A DNA stretch of 64,000 bases from Nemertoderma westbladi (taxonomy: Eukaryota; Animalia; Xenacoelomorpha). The DNA lies in the NCBI GenBank assembly GCA_032718475.1, contig JAUCBJ010007943.1, positions 1 through 64,000 on the forward strand, written 5' to 3'. The stretch's first letter is position 1. Every line of letters begins with the position of its first letter. Shown in pieces: positions 1 through 15,300 of this stretch. A program made the position numbers and the translations under genes. The notes beneath the pieces were generated by a model. It ran no database searches, had not been told where the DNA came from, and worked only from the letters and a program-made list of their open reading frames with translations.

Positions 1-291
1 CGCATTAGGAGTATGTGTACAAATAACCGGTCCTTATAAGGGTGTCATTTTTACAATCAGTCATTCGGTTGTATTAACCTGCACGGTGTGTACATCTTTA
101 TACAGTTACCTGGTTACCGGTAATAATTATAATTACATTCAGAGGAAGGCCAGTATTACTTTTTATCGCGTAAGATTATTTTATGTAAATGTAATATTGA
201 TTGGTATATTAATTACAATTACAAATAATTGTTCTCAACTGATTATGATACAACTCAAACTCACCAGAATATCTCAATCACTATAAGAAGT

Positions 292-385
292 ATGGTTTTC
301 CATAACTACCTAAATCTATTGATATTCGTTCTGCTACTGTGTTCCTTCAAGGCTGACCAGGTACCCCAACGACACGCTGATGGAG
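292..385 (+). CDS. robo: robo exon 1, signal peptide MVFHNYLNLLIFVLLLCSFKA-DQVPQRHADG
   Basis: ATG at 292 with an in-frame TAA upstream (226). Hydrophobic signal core. Phase-1 donor G|GTTAGT matches the phase-1 acceptor at 18752. Confidence 0.75.
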
Positions 386-3300
386 GTTAGTACCTATAGG
401 CCTACCGGTATTATAATGTAAGTATTATTTTTATTCTTAAATGATTACTTTTTAACCCAAATATACTTCAAAATTGGTAGAGAAACGAGTACTTCTTTCC
501 TTAGGGAAAAAAAGTTACCCATTGATTTTTTTCTTTTCCCGGCGAAAAAAAGCAAAATAAGAAAATGTGAAAATGATTTTCGCGGAACAAATTTAATTTT
601 CATATGTGTAGAAAGTTCTTCGAAGTAGAAAAGGTTTGCACGTCATTTGAGCAAAACCCATGCACACACTCAAAAGTTAATGCACTTTAGCAGTTCAGAT
701 AAGAGTTCAGAAGTATTTCCTCGGCCTGGTTGAGCAGACAGAATAGTTTCATAAGTATTTCATCGGTCTGGTTGAGCAGACAGTATAGTTCAGAAATATT
801 TCATCGGTCTGGTTGAGCAGACAGTATAGTTCAGAAATATTTCCTCGGCCTGGTTGAGCAGACAAAAGTGTTCAGAAATATTTCATCGGCCTGGTAGAGC
901 AGACAAAAGAGTTCAGAAGTATTTCCTCGGCCTGGTTGAGCAGACAGAATAGTTTCATAAGTATTTCATCGGTCTGGTTGAGCAGACAGTATAGTTCAGA
1001 AATATTTCCTCGGCCTGGTTGAGCAGACAAAATAGTTCAGAAGTATTTAATCGGTCTGGTTGAGCAGACAGTATAGTTCAGAAATATTTCATCGGTCTGG
1101 TTGAGCAGACATTATAGTTCAGAAATATTTCCTCGGCCTGGTTGAGCAGACAAAAAAGTTCAGAAGTATTTCCTCGGCCTGGTTGAGCAGACAGAATAGT
1201 TTCATAAGTATTTCATCGGTCTGGTTGAGCAGACAAAATAGTTCAGAAGTATTTAATCGGTCTGGTTGAGCAGACAGTATAGTTCAGAAATATTTCCTCG
1301 GCCTGGTTGAGCAGACAAAATAGTAATATATATTTGATTTATATTTGACTTATGTATTATTGACCGGACCCTTATTACCACAATTAAGTAACCTGCATAA
1401 TCTTTTAACATGTGTTAACTTTCGTTTATTGTTTTGGTTCCCCCAACACGCCTCTGTAACCTGCTCCACTAGGCTGACGCTCCTTTACTAACCTGCTTCT
1501 TTAATTGACAATGGATCCGGTCAATTGTGCAATGGGTCCGGTCAGTAGCCTTTGCCTACTCCAAAACGGTACTCAATATCCAATATTGGTTTATGTAGTT
1601 AAGCGGCTCTCTAGTTATGTAATAAATATTCGAGAACACTAAATCATTTAACATTGAGTAAGGCAGCATCAGGAGTTGTTGAAAGTACAATAATTGGAAT
1701 CGCTGCTGGAAGCAATATAGCAAAATACTATTTAACATTATTTCGTTCTATTTTATGATAGAATTAAGTAACTAAAAAAGTACTAATTTAAGAAAAATAT
1801 AATTATTATTACAATTACGTATTACATGGGGAAAAACTTCATTATCAATTATTTTTCAATATTCTCCCGAAATGAATACCTCTAGAATAGAGAAAAGGTT
1901 TCACCTTCCCTTTACCTTTTGCTTCGGTGATGGACTATTGCACTTTTTGTAGTCGGGCGTTTCAGGAATGGGCGTTGTCGGCGTCGCCATGGAGACAGTC
2001 GCCTTTCTGTTTTATACACACTCGCTACCTGCAATAACCATTGCTAATGGATCCTCTGAATACTTTGTGGAATACAATAGGGCCCATGTGAAGAATACCA
2101 GAATTTCTGCCGTTATATTTCACTTTGCAGTTACCCCCATGTGAAAGAATACCAGGTTTTCACCAAAAACACAGGTTACAGAAGGGCTGAATCTAACCAA
2201 AACAATAAACGAATTAGTATATGTACAGGTTATAAGACAGAAATAAGCGCTATAAAACACTTAAAGATAAATTAAAAAAAATAAAAAATCTTCATATATA
2301 AAATTCCAATAAAAAGTCGACCGAAAAGTGAAATCCTGGTATTCTTATTCATTACGTTCAATTCCTGTATATATTATCATCTCCTGTATCATCTTCACTC
2401 TCATTTACAGCCCAGACATTGCCATATATTTCAGCAAATAAGTCGTGCAAATTGCGTCTGTTGTGATCATTAGGATGAAGGTACTTCAAGTGCTCTAATG
2501 ATTATAAATGTATTATTGTCAAAGAACAATCATAAAAATATTTACAGGAGTTCTCATATATTTTATTGGTGATTAAACATATAGTATTGTCCACAAACGA
2601 TCATCAATGTTTACACGATTGCGCCTATGTATATATGACTTTTATACTAACATGTCTTGAGTGCTTGAGGTAGTGATGTGCAAATATATAATACATATTG
2701 GGTGTTAGTCCTGTATAAAACCATTTGTATGTTGTGTGGGACTCAGTGGGAGTGGTGCAGTACAACTAATAGTTAACCAACATTATATCACCAACACGCA
2801 TGCAACCCCATACATCCTTCATTGGACATTCATGTTGAAGAAACTGTAATTGCAAAGTAAATGATGATCGTTCATATAAGAATTTCAGTTTCGATGAATA
2901 TCTTATTTGGTCCAGCGGAAACACAAATCAGTCAGCTTCAGTCAATGACAATAGACAGTGAAATATATTAAATAATTGGAAGGTCGTTCCAGTAGTGGGC
3001 CATTCCACTATTCTAACAATAGAAACACAGGTAACGGCTTGAAAAATTTACAAATTATATGGATGTTCGCGGAATTAATTAGCAACGGAAAACAGCTATC
3101 TGTTCTTTGATAAAAGTGCGACGATATACAGACCTCTTTAACTTTACAGGAGTTACTTTCCCACATATATACAATCCCTTAGTTTACAAAGATTTACGAT
3201 CTCAAACACTCTATCAGAAACATATGATGCAAATTAAATGGAAATAGTAACAAACAGGTTTTCGCTCTAGTCTATAATATCTCTCTGTATAATAAATATA

Positions 3301-6300
3301 CTGCCCATTCCGCTTTCTGCGATGTTCAATTATGGAAAGTTATCATCATCCCAATTATCATCGTTGTAAAGTCCATCAGCAGGTTATTAACGCAGAAAAC
3401 ATAAATAATAGTGACAAATCAAAGGATGGCGAGTGTCTCTATTGTTATAGTCTCTAGTAATATCAAGCCCCCGTTACAGTGACATTCGCCCCCCTCCGCT
3501 CGCCTGCATAGTCTCCAGCACAGAATGGCCCGCAGCCAAGGCGAGCAAGCATGGTCCAACCCAATATAGGGGTGGGTCCGCCCAAACACACTGATATCCA
3601 CACAGTGGGCCCTTTACCCAATTACCCTCCCGCTGGTGGATTCCAAATGTGGCCATGGCTCCAAACCTCCTACGAGTTTCCCCTCACAATGAACGACCAA
3701 CTATAATTACACACCCCCTCATTGTTCGTTCGCAGGACCTTATGGGCTTCCTCGTGCCTACACGTTACTATACGTGGAGGTAGAAACTTTAACCTAAAAG
3801 ATGGGGCCACTACAACAGTAAGATCCTTTCCTCGTCCGGTCAGGATGTAGACGACTAATAAGTGGTAATTTTGGTCATTAAGTGAGGGACTCTTTCTGTA
3901 TGTCCGGCTGGTCCTTATTGTTCACGTATAAACGCACCGCACCATCACAAAGAGAGGCCCAGCTTATGTTTTCTCACAACAAATACGAGCGAGGTGAATT
4001 AATTCCGATGTTTATCCCCGTAGTTTAACGCGGCATTAGGGGGCCTATCCTTGTGTGCTTTAAAGCCGTTATGTCTATATTGATGTCGTTATATTGGTTT
4101 TCTACGGGCGTGTTGTGTTTATTTGCCGTTATATATATTTGTGTGTATTGGTCGGGCATGTGCTAAAACAGTAATTTGTCAATATCGAGATTGTCCCAAT
4201 TATAGTGATACATATTACGGATGACCTAACCTAATATGTATTTACAATATAAACCCGCAACATAGTCCTTAATCTTGTAATCTTAATGTTGTGTTGTGTC
4301 AAATTAATATAACAAATTATAACCAAATGTAATGGGGGGGGGGGGGGGGGGCTACTTCACCCAATCTAAATTGAACCTTCTCACGAGGAAACTCGCAAAC
4401 TCGACGCATGTAACACGTGATTACCAGCAAAAATATGTAACTGCAAACCTGTTCGATCTGCCATCTCATCTCATATACTGTATATAAAGACATTAGACGT
4501 TATACTTTGTGAATAATAATAGTCACCTAGCAATATACTACCACCCATTTACTAATTGAATCCCCATGCACTGCACATACCACCCCCCACCCACCCCCTC
4601 CCCCCTCCCCCTTCCCAGTATTAGTAGACATAGACACTAGTAACACCCCGCGATGGAGATACTGGATAAGCATCGTAACAAAACCACTGCAGGGTTACTG
4701 TTAATACACCGGCTAGTTTTGGATTAAACTTCGTCTCAACTGAGTGCTTGAATGACCGCATCTGTCTGCTGTGAGTGCGGGAGCATTGAAATGTATCGCA
4801 GGAGGGACTCTGTTTCCATTAGGCCGTGTCTATTCGGATCTCCCGACGCGAGCAAATCAATATATTTATTCCCCTTCGTCACATCATATGAGTATATCTC
4901 ACTGTGTTGATCTGCTGGTGTTAATCCGAAAGATGACGCACAAAATTTATCTTCTGAGGCCATTCCGTTCCCTATACAAAAACCACGACTAGATGTCTGA
5001 GAATGTCGTGTTAGGGAGGGTGGGCCATAAATCAAACGACTTGGTTTCCTTATGATCGATGCAAACGCAATGTCTGTCAAAACCCGTCCGAATATGTTGG
5101 CAGGTGTCCCGTATCTTTCAGCTACGCTCTGGTAAACTTTCATCACGCTGGTATACCGCCAATACCATACTCAACTCATCCCTCCGACGCCATCGCACAA
5201 ATATCGTTTAACCTCCTTTTGGTTTGATTATCATAATCTTCCTTGCATTCCTATATCCATTTCTAGTATTTTTAATTATTAAAGTATCCATCGTTTGAAT
5301 TAACAGCGGCTAACGATCAAAGTGCATCTAGTATTGTTTAACTGTGGAACTAACTAACTTGGTATTTATGGCTTTGTAGATAACAACTCCATGTAATTAT
5401 CAATGCCCTAACTTCTCTAAAGTAATTGGAACTCAGTGCATTTTACTGTACATTTCCCATTCAATATCCACGCTTCTGGAAGTGCGAACAATTCGAAGCT
5501 ACTCCTGTGTGTGTGCAATGCCGAGAGCAATGTGTGAAAGCAACTCCTTCATCTCAACATAAAATCAATTATTACGTTTAACTCCACTTCATAGATATCA
5601 TTTTTTAATGAATTTTAACAATTTTTCTAACTTCAAGATTGAAGATGTAATACATATGATATGGGCCCCTCTCTGCAAACATGTTTTGGTTTCATCAAAT
5701 CTTATCAATCTCAGTATTTAGCAATTGATGCATTGAATGGGCTTTATTTCTTTGCCTCACATAGGACTTCATTATTTACACTTTCTTTTCCTTTTTATTT
5801 TTTCATGAGTTCACCTCCCAGTGAGCGTGATCATTGTTGTATTCTCCCATACAACTTGAATGTGCGGGCGCTCAATCCATATATAGCATCCCACCCATTG
5901 GGGCAGCATACTGTTGGTTTCGAAAGTTTGAAATTTGCAGTATTTCCTACTTCAAACAACGCTTTTATTAAGGTATCCTTTTGTCTTGAAATGCCATCAT
6001 ATTTGTTGTAACAAAATAATAAGATAATGCTATTGTCATTGATATTTATCTTATTTGAAGGGGTCTAGTTTGTTTATTTATTAGTTGTGGGTTATTCAAC
6101 TTCATCCTCACTATTCAGTTAAGTTACTATCTCTCATAGAGACTGTGAGCGGGGGTTGGGGGGGCACATTATTTGCGTCGATTTTCACCTGGATAAGTTT
6201 CAATTTCGTTTTTGTCAAGATTTCTCCTATCTGTTTTCATCAATTGCTAATTCACGTACCGGTATGTGAGTACAATATAAGAATAAAATTAATATTAACC

Positions 6301-9300
6301 GGTGAGATGATCTGATGACATTTAAACATTTGAATCGCCATCTTATAATATTCTACTATGAGTTTACCATTAGTCATTAAGGGAATTTCTTGCTCATTTA
6401 CCCACAATTTACTCTCAGCTATCCTCTATATTCATTCCCTCAGGGGACATGTTTCGGGATGATGGGTGCTGACAATACAAAAACAATCGGAGCCCCCTTC
6501 CATATATTGAGCCAAGCATCCCCTTGGGTTTATATCTCCCATACTTGGTACTGCAATCCTCCCCTTAAGATCAATGATAGTTGCTTACATTCCACTCTCC
6601 GCATGCGGGGATCTAGTTCCCTATAGGTCCAATATATTCGTGCGTGTGTATCTTCAACAGCGAACTGTCATGCCAGAAATACTTCAGCAATTCAATCAAT
6701 AAATGTACCCTATTGCCACTGGGAGTAAACTGATATTCGCGATTCTATCGATAACAATATGATCGTTCGCGTTCGAAAGTGTTGTGTTGCGTTTTATGGT
6801 TCGACGCGCGCAAATTCCTTGTTTACCAAGAGTGAAGAGGGTGGCATGCGTGTTACACTGAATTTATTGATCAGTAAAGGCAATGGGAGTGCTGACCATG
6901 ATTGCATGCAATAAGTTTATTACCAGTTACACCCAATCCCAGTGTGCTCACGGATTTTAATCACTATTATACAAGGTATGTATAAGGTTGTAAAATTAAA
7001 TACAGGGTGCGTCTGGTGTTAATTATAACAACCCGTTACTAATATCCTACTAAACCTTATATGGCCCATATAAGGTTTTATCATAAATAAATTACATTGG
7101 TACGGTGGTGATTTCCGGCCATTTACTACTTTTTTAGTATTTTTTTCATTTTTTTCGAAAGTATTTTTTTCATTTTTTTCGAAAGTATTTTTTTCATTTT
7201 TTTCGAAAGTATTTTTTTCATTTTTTTCGAAAGTATTTTTTTTTCATTCATTGGATAATGTTTCTTAACTGTTCACTTTGTTGTTATAGTGTTGTAATGG
7301 TTTTTATGTTTTGAACGACCCAATGTTAAATAGCTAATTTATATTACTGTAATGGAAGAGGCTTTTCATGACTATTTTGATCACGGCGGCTCTTCGTATG
7401 ACGTAATTAGGAAACTTTGCAAGGAAAACCACAATGTGATTGTGTCTACAAGGACAATTCGGCGTCACATGCATCGACTTAACCTTATAAAACAATTTAA
7501 TGTAGGAGACATCCCACATTAGTGGCAGCAATTAAACTTCTCATTCGTTTAATTGCTGCCACTATATATATATATATATAAATTAGCTATTTAACATTGG
7601 GTCAGTTCAAAACATAAAAACCATTACAACACTATAACAACAAAGTGAACAGTTAATAAACATTATCCAATAAATGAAAAAAAATACTTTCGAAAAAATG
7701 AAAAAAATACTTTTGAAAAAAATGAAAAAAATACTTTTGAAAAAAATGAAAAAAATACTTGGTTTCGAAAAAAATGAAAAAAATACTAAAAAAGTAGTAA
7801 ATGGCCGGAAATCACCACCGTACATTGGAATTTCTTTCATTTAATTGTATTGGACCTTGAAACTGTAGGTGTCAACTAACAACTATGTAATAACCATAAC
7901 TCCACTGCATCATTGATATATACTAAACGCAATTTGTAATGCACCCTTTCTTACATGACGGCAGAGGGGACTCGACTAGCTCTAGGTATGTATGATTAAT
8001 AACTCTCATTATACAATGCCACGAGGTCGCCATTTATCAGCACTCGCGGCTATCCTATATATACTGCTGCCTTCCTATCTCCAAGCACACAATCAGGGGT
8101 TACAAGTAATGTTAACAACGACTTCAAGACGAAAGAGTGATTGAATGTTGTTAAATATAATCGAATAGCTTCTGAAATCGCAAATGAAGTGGGGTTTGAT
8201 TACATAAACAGTAAATCTTTGAGACATGAATTCTCCAAGGAATTACCTTCCTGACGTATCTATTCTGTACAGGTTTTTGAGTGCAATACCCAATAGGTCA
8301 CCATCATTATTATCTTAGTAGTAGTGAAAATGAGTCATTCTGTAATGCGAAGCGTTTGAGAGAATGTCATTTCAAGCTAAGAGGATAATACACTGGATTA
8401 TACAGCGACTAACTAGAATTAGGTCAGTGACTCACAAAGCTCTTTTATCTTACTTACCTGCTTGTTGGATAAGCTAAGATGACAACAGAGAGAGGTGCGT
8501 GTTACTTAATACTAAATAATGTGTCGATAGGCTGAAAGAATATATTACGCATATTAAAATAGCCCTAAGACGAATTTGCCCATTTCTCTTGCAATTCAAA
8601 GATGCGGTTGGTTGTTTAGACAGCGATATGGTGGTGATATTTTTGCTGAGAGGAATCGATGTAAGAATTTATTCGCATTGCTATATAGCAGTGCTCCACT
8701 GCAAAATTACAGTTACTAATTTTTTTGCTAAGATTTGCATTACCCCTATGTTTTGTAACCTGGGTTTACTAATTACATAGTCTTAACTAGTATTAACATG
8801 GAATGAATCCTGGATCCATTCCATGGTTAAGGATTGGAATTCATTTAAGTATAGCGAATGTCCTGTTTTCACTAAAAACACATGTCTTATTAGTGGTTGT
8901 ACAGATTGTGTTGGGGTGACTATGGTCGCAATCAAAATTCATCACTTTTCAGGGGAAAATCGACGCAAATAACAGCTGATTCTTTCCCTTAATTGATAAT
9001 TCAACATTGATGCGAGATATCAAATCGCCGAGATGGGATTTGCGTGACCCCCACGAAAAGTGATAACTTGGTGTTCTTCACTCACATGGGACGCGAAAAT
9101 GTAATTGTGCATGAATTACTTAATTGAAACCATCTTTACAATAATTGTATTATTAATCATTGATATGAATCGGGCTTTTTGGAAATGACTCATATTTGAA
9201 ATTACCATGAATATTCAACCGTAATGGTTTTACTTTCCCGATCCAATTAAGAGTTATTACCATTTATCATTTCTGTAAAATGTCCGCGGTCCAGGTTTGC

Positions 9301-12300
9301 TTTGGTAATGCAGTATGCCTATGTGATGCGGTTGAAACTGGAGGTGTGACTCGGTGCTACTTAAGTCCATTGTGCCTCAACCAACGACTACATCCTTCAT
9401 CTACACCATCCACATTGTATTATCATTATTATCATCACTGTCTCTGCACTATCTGAAGCTCAAGTGTAGGTACTCGAATCGAATTGAATGAAGAATGCCA
9501 CAGTTGGACATTCGTTTCGTAGTCGCCAGTAACTTTCTAACCTTTCTGCCACTGCCACCCCCATTGGCAATCCTAGTCTTCACCTATAAATGATTAATTG
9601 ACGACACTTATTAAATCATGTCCTTCTTGCTTATAAATATAGAACGCATTCGCCTTTGCGCTATACATACATACTGTACTGAGGAATTATAGTCATAGAT
9701 CGATGTTCCAACTGGTATATTTAGACGTGAACGTTAATCGTAAACCTTCGAGCGTGGTTAATTAACATGAGTTTTCTTGATTACCGAGCTGTTTTGAGCT
9801 TTGGTAATGACTAGCTGCGGTGAATCGATTTCTTTCGAAATTAGCCTTTAGGTCACCCATATATTCGGCTGGTAGTTAGTTTTGTTGCAGTTAGACTGAA
9901 GCTGTGTTTTTACAACAGTTGCAATTCCAGTAACAGCTGTTCTATCTTGCATGAAGGCGAATGGTGAAGCTATATGGGCGACTTACTCAATACTGTTTAC
10001 TTTATTGAGATTAATAATTTCAGTTTATCTCAAACCAGCAATCCGGAATATGGATTGGGTAGACCCACAAAGCAAAATGTTATAGGCATTGGTATAGCAA
10101 AATTATTACTCAATCTGATCTTTATTGTTTTGACCTGTCTTATGTCGATGAATGCCCGCCTATTCAACGCTCTGGCAGACAGACAGACGGAGACCGACAA
10201 ACGAACATACCTACAACCACCATGCAGATAAGCAAACATATAACATACCCCATAGACCAGAATATGTAGAATTGTTGTTGTGGCTCGTCCACAATATAAT
10301 TGCTATTGATTCTATATTATTAACACTGCGATTCTAAGAAAATCAAAGCCTGAAAAGAATCATCTGTCTGAGTGTCTTCAGCTTCACCCATTTTGCTTGT
10401 TTTCTGTGTGTTCTTTCTATCAACACATCTAATACGGAATTCATTGAGCAGACTATAGACATTGTGGACAGTGCTTCCTTATGTCTCATAACAAACACAT
10501 GTGGGTTTGGTTATAAACCAACTGTTGCCACCATGATGTGTTGCGTGGTTTTAGCACCTCTGGGGGCGCTGACTAAATGTGTCAGTTATTGTGTGTGTCT
10601 GTTTGTCTGTATTTCTTACGGCTGACCAGACCAAGCCACATGCCTGCATTCCTCAATCTGTGAAGCATGTTCCACCCACATTCCCACACAGTATGTGCTA
10701 TCAACATTCATATTTCATATATTTAGGTGTTTTGTTTTTTGCTGTTATGCTGGTAAGGTGAATTTGTTTACGATGCTTCAGGCTATGTTCTTATATTGAC
10801 ATTATAAATTTCTTTGGATCCACCTAGTACGTCACATTGTAAGCAAGGGTATCTTGGATATTATCTGGTATTGGAACATTTCTATTGATGTGTTTTAGCC
10901 ACTCTTGACACAATCAATATTACATCATCTCCAGGGGAAATTCATCGCAAATACCTACTGAAGGAACAAAACATTATAACATGTGCTATTGACTTTATAT
11001 CGTTTATTGTTTTGATTATAATATCTCACCGCTAAAATTAAAAAAAACTATTGTGGGATTGTGGGTTAATCTAAGATTGTCAAAAATAAGTTATTAATAA
11101 TTATTATGACCTAAATTCAGTTCTATATTTTATGTGCTTCATGCTGTAGATTCAGTATAGCTCCCTTCTTTACGAATTTACCATTAGTATTATAAACCGC
11201 GTGGTATACCAATAAAGCTTCGGCTGTCAGGTTGTTTAAGTTTAAAGCTTGCTTTCACAGAATAATACATTTTGTGAAACATTAGTTATACCTTAATATA
11301 TCATCGATAAAATAGGTTGAAAGCTAGACCGCAGAAATCAACCCACAAACACAACCTCCACACACCCAATAAAATCAATTCCTCAAAACGGACACAATCA
11401 ATATTCACATATTAAGTCCCGGGGCCCTTAGCAAATCCCATTGAAACCAATTTACAGGGCGCCGAAGGGGCTGCAATGGCCCGGCCCTTGAGCGCATTCC
11501 GAAAGGCTCACCCAATTAATTTAGTCCAATGAATAGAGCCAGTACAAGTAGAACCAGAGGGGGCTCCTCAAGGGACCACTGTTCTTATTTCTTATTATTT
11601 TTCCTGCCTTCGTCTTTGGGGTGAGGCAACTATTTTGCATACCCTCGAGATCAATAGTAGCCCAGGGCTTTCTACATTCACCCACCCCTTTTGTGATTTC
11701 TTACTAATGGGTGCCCCAACCAATATGTGGACCTCCAATAAGCTGTTGCCATGGTTTTTCGTATCATCTGTGCGTTAATGCATTCGCATACTAGATGAGA
11801 TTACCGATACAAACATAATTGTTTTCTCGAGCTGAATAAGTTATTCCTTTGTTAGGCGGGTCGATTAAGAATCTTTGTCCGTTGGCGCAATTCAATCAGC
11901 AACCTGCACTGCACCCTCCCGCCATTTTCCGCGGTAACATATCCTTTTACTTAGGCTTATCACCCTAGCTTGGGTGACACGCGGCCGTTATGATAATATC
12001 GAGAGCCAAGCAATTCCGATAATTCCACTGTATTACTGTATAATAAACATATATTAATTCGAAACCAATTGCTCAATATCGCTAATTTGCACACCCATTA
12101 TTTCAAAGAAATATATGCGTATATAGTTCGCACACTCAACACACACCCCCCCCCCCCCCCCCCCCCCCATCCCCGGCTATCTAAATTGCCAATCATTTGG
12201 GAACTCACCTGAAGTGGTTTTTAGTTGGGGCCAAATGATCTCCTCTCTTGTCTCCCACAACACATCCATTCCTATCGGAGGTTGTTCCTTATAGTAAAAC

Positions 12301-15300
12301 GATAGGATACCCGCTGTGTTTCCCTTCGAATTACAGTACAGTACAGGTTAACAATTAATTTCTCTGATTTGGCAAACAAGCTTATGTTATGTATTTGTTC
12401 GCGTATTGTTTATGCTCTAACGACTCGGATAAACAAGTTAAATATGGAGTAAGCTCGCGATCGGAGGATTGGGGACCTATGCTTGGGAGATCGAACATAG
12501 TAAATGTACAGTAAACGACACACGTGTGTAATTACAGTTATACTGTAAACTTAGCTATATGGTATAATGCAAGGAACATCTCATGTGAACACAATTAACG
12601 TTTTGTAAAAGCAATTGTATGACTCCCGTGCGAGCACGCACAGTAAATCCGTAAATAAAAATCAGTAAATCCACTGGTAACTCATGAGTCGTACGTCAAA
12701 AGTATATCTCCCGTGCTCCACTATGGTAAGTTGTCTTGTTGGAAAATTTAAGATGCGTCTCACATTAAATGGAAGACCATTTATTAGGGATTTGTGAGAT
12801 TAATAAACTTTAATTCGTTTTTATATAATGAGTGATAAAACAGAATGATATCTATAAATGGTTAAAAGGGAGGAGAGAAAAGCGTCACCAATGGTTACAT
12901 ACCCGTTATTGGGTGAACCCAATAACGGTGTCCAGCGAAATACCAAGGTTTGGGAAAATTATACATGCAGCTGGGAGAAGGATGTGGAAAAATTTAAGAA
13001 TTACATTCGCATGTTATTTAAAACTTTAGATAAACTTTACGAAAACTATCTAGACTTACAAGACTTACCATTCCCCAGTGGAGATGCTCCCATTGAAACC
13101 AATCTGTTCCATAATTTATTTCGAATTATGACATACGACTTACCAGTGGAGCACCGGCCAAGTATGGTCAGTACGTTTTCTTGTTTTTTTTTCTTGTTAT
13201 TTTTCAAGAAAAATTATTGTTTTTTAAGTAAATTATTTATGAAACATGGATGTGGAGTTATTCTATATTCTTATGATATATAACATGACTTGCAACAACG
13301 ACTTATATTTTATGTGAATAAACGGATGCAAATGACACACTCCAGTTGACGTTGTTGGCCCCATGTGAATTAAATATCTCCTAAAATACTTATCTATCAG
13401 CGATAACGGTATGAATGAATGAGTACATGGCCGGCCACCCATACTAAATCGCACAACGACAAACTCTAGTGAGTATAGTTGACGGGTTGTCGTTGATTGG
13501 TGAATGTCTTTTGGTTGACAACGAGCGTATTAATTGGTCCCTGCAAGGACCCTTTGCCATTATTGTATGGCAGACTTATTGATTAACAGTCAACATGAAT
13601 ACATTTCTCACTCAATTTCACCCCATTACGTAGATATATTTGGTGAGATTTTCTCTATCTCGCATAATTGTTTGCTGAGTAATCGCGGTAATGCGGCCTA
13701 TATATAGTTTTGTGAACGGACTCGGCCTTGCATGGGATCATCTTTAGTTGAACGCCGCGGGCACAGACGTAAGAAAGGTCCCTGAGCCGTATACCCCTTA
13801 ATACATACAAATATGCATCGACTGTGTCTGTAGGGGATGCTGCGGATGGTAGTAAAAAGAAAGGTAATTAATTGCGGGTAAAGAGAGAAGAAGAGACCGT
13901 GCACGTGTCTACCAAGCCTATAATTTTACTTATAATCTTCTGTAATTCTGTTCTTAAATGTACAATTATGGGGATTTCAAGGATAATTTTTATCACGTAG
14001 CCGCTAGACTAATCCAAAACTGTGTGTTATAGTCGTTAGTGGTAAGCTTTACCGCTATTAGAGAAACTGTTACTGTAGTTTAATGCTATAAGTAAATAAG
14101 TACAGTCTGAAACGGATGTAAACAGTCGGAAACGGAAGTACAGTCTGAAGCGGAAGTAAAGTCTGAAAGGAAAGTACAATCACAAATGGAAGTACAGTCT
14201 GAAACAAGTACAGTCTGAAGCTGAAGACAGTCTGAAGCGGAAGTAGACTGAAACGGAAGTACAGTCTGAAACGGAAGTACAATCTGAAAGAACAAACAGA
14301 AGTACAGTCAGAAACGAAATTGCTGTCGGAAAGGGAAGGTCAGACTAACTGCCATGGATATGGTAATCTCACCTTGATAACCTTATTCAATAATTAGAAG
14401 TCACCTTCGATTACATATCAATAATAAAGTAGATAATCGTTGGCCGGATGCTGGCACCCAAACCCTATGTTCATTGTTCCCTGAACATTGTTCAGCAACC
14501 GGGACTAGCACCCACTTCTTCATTGTTAGTACCCAGCAGGGTTAGAACCCTGCCGGAAGCCATTTCACTCACTGATGCTTCAGCTTATTAAGTGTGTTGG
14601 GGCTGATTTACTCACGAAATAGGGACGTGAACCTAGGGCCCGATAACTGATCCGACATGTGTTTTAGAGTAGGAGTGCCTGCGACACGTGAACCGGGTCG
14701 AACAGACAATGCAGAGCATTCTATATTGCTCTGACTCTCCCACAATTATAGGCTTTTGTGACCCTGGAGGTCACATCTCAGAAGGGAACCAGAGGGAGAC
14801 ATTCAGCCATTTTACCCAAAGTAATAACGAAATCGTCACGTAATCTTCATCAGAATTATTAATCCCGGCCTTCATCTGACAATCCGCGTCCACTTTAGCA
14901 GTGCGCCCGGCCGCTGGCATGTCTTGTAAGATAAACGTAGTAATATACACAGAGTCAAGGGATATTTATTGACAATAAACCGCTCTTGGCAAAGTCATTA
15001 CCATAAGGCCCCCTGCGCTTAGGTCACCCATAGGCACCCAATTTAATCACTCAGCGGTTGCAATAATGGCTTGACTTGCATGAGGTACAGTGTGTCCTAA
15101 TTCTCCTGCACTAGTCATTAGCATGGCTTTGCCCATACTGACAAGAATAGAGCGTCACCCATGCCAGCCTAACTAACAACAACCGGCCTTGGGCGAACCA
15201 ACTTTTCTGGGTGCAGCGCCTATGTATATCCATTGTTATCCTAAGCTTTTGTTCAAGTATTTTCCTACGAATGGCCTTAATATAATTGCTTAGTGCACTC

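Noticed and set aside
4736-5146. 136-aa minus-strand ORF with a faint helicase-like FCASSFGL stretch
   Set aside because: No convincing motif set or splice structure; at most a decayed TE fragment. Would need a profile search.
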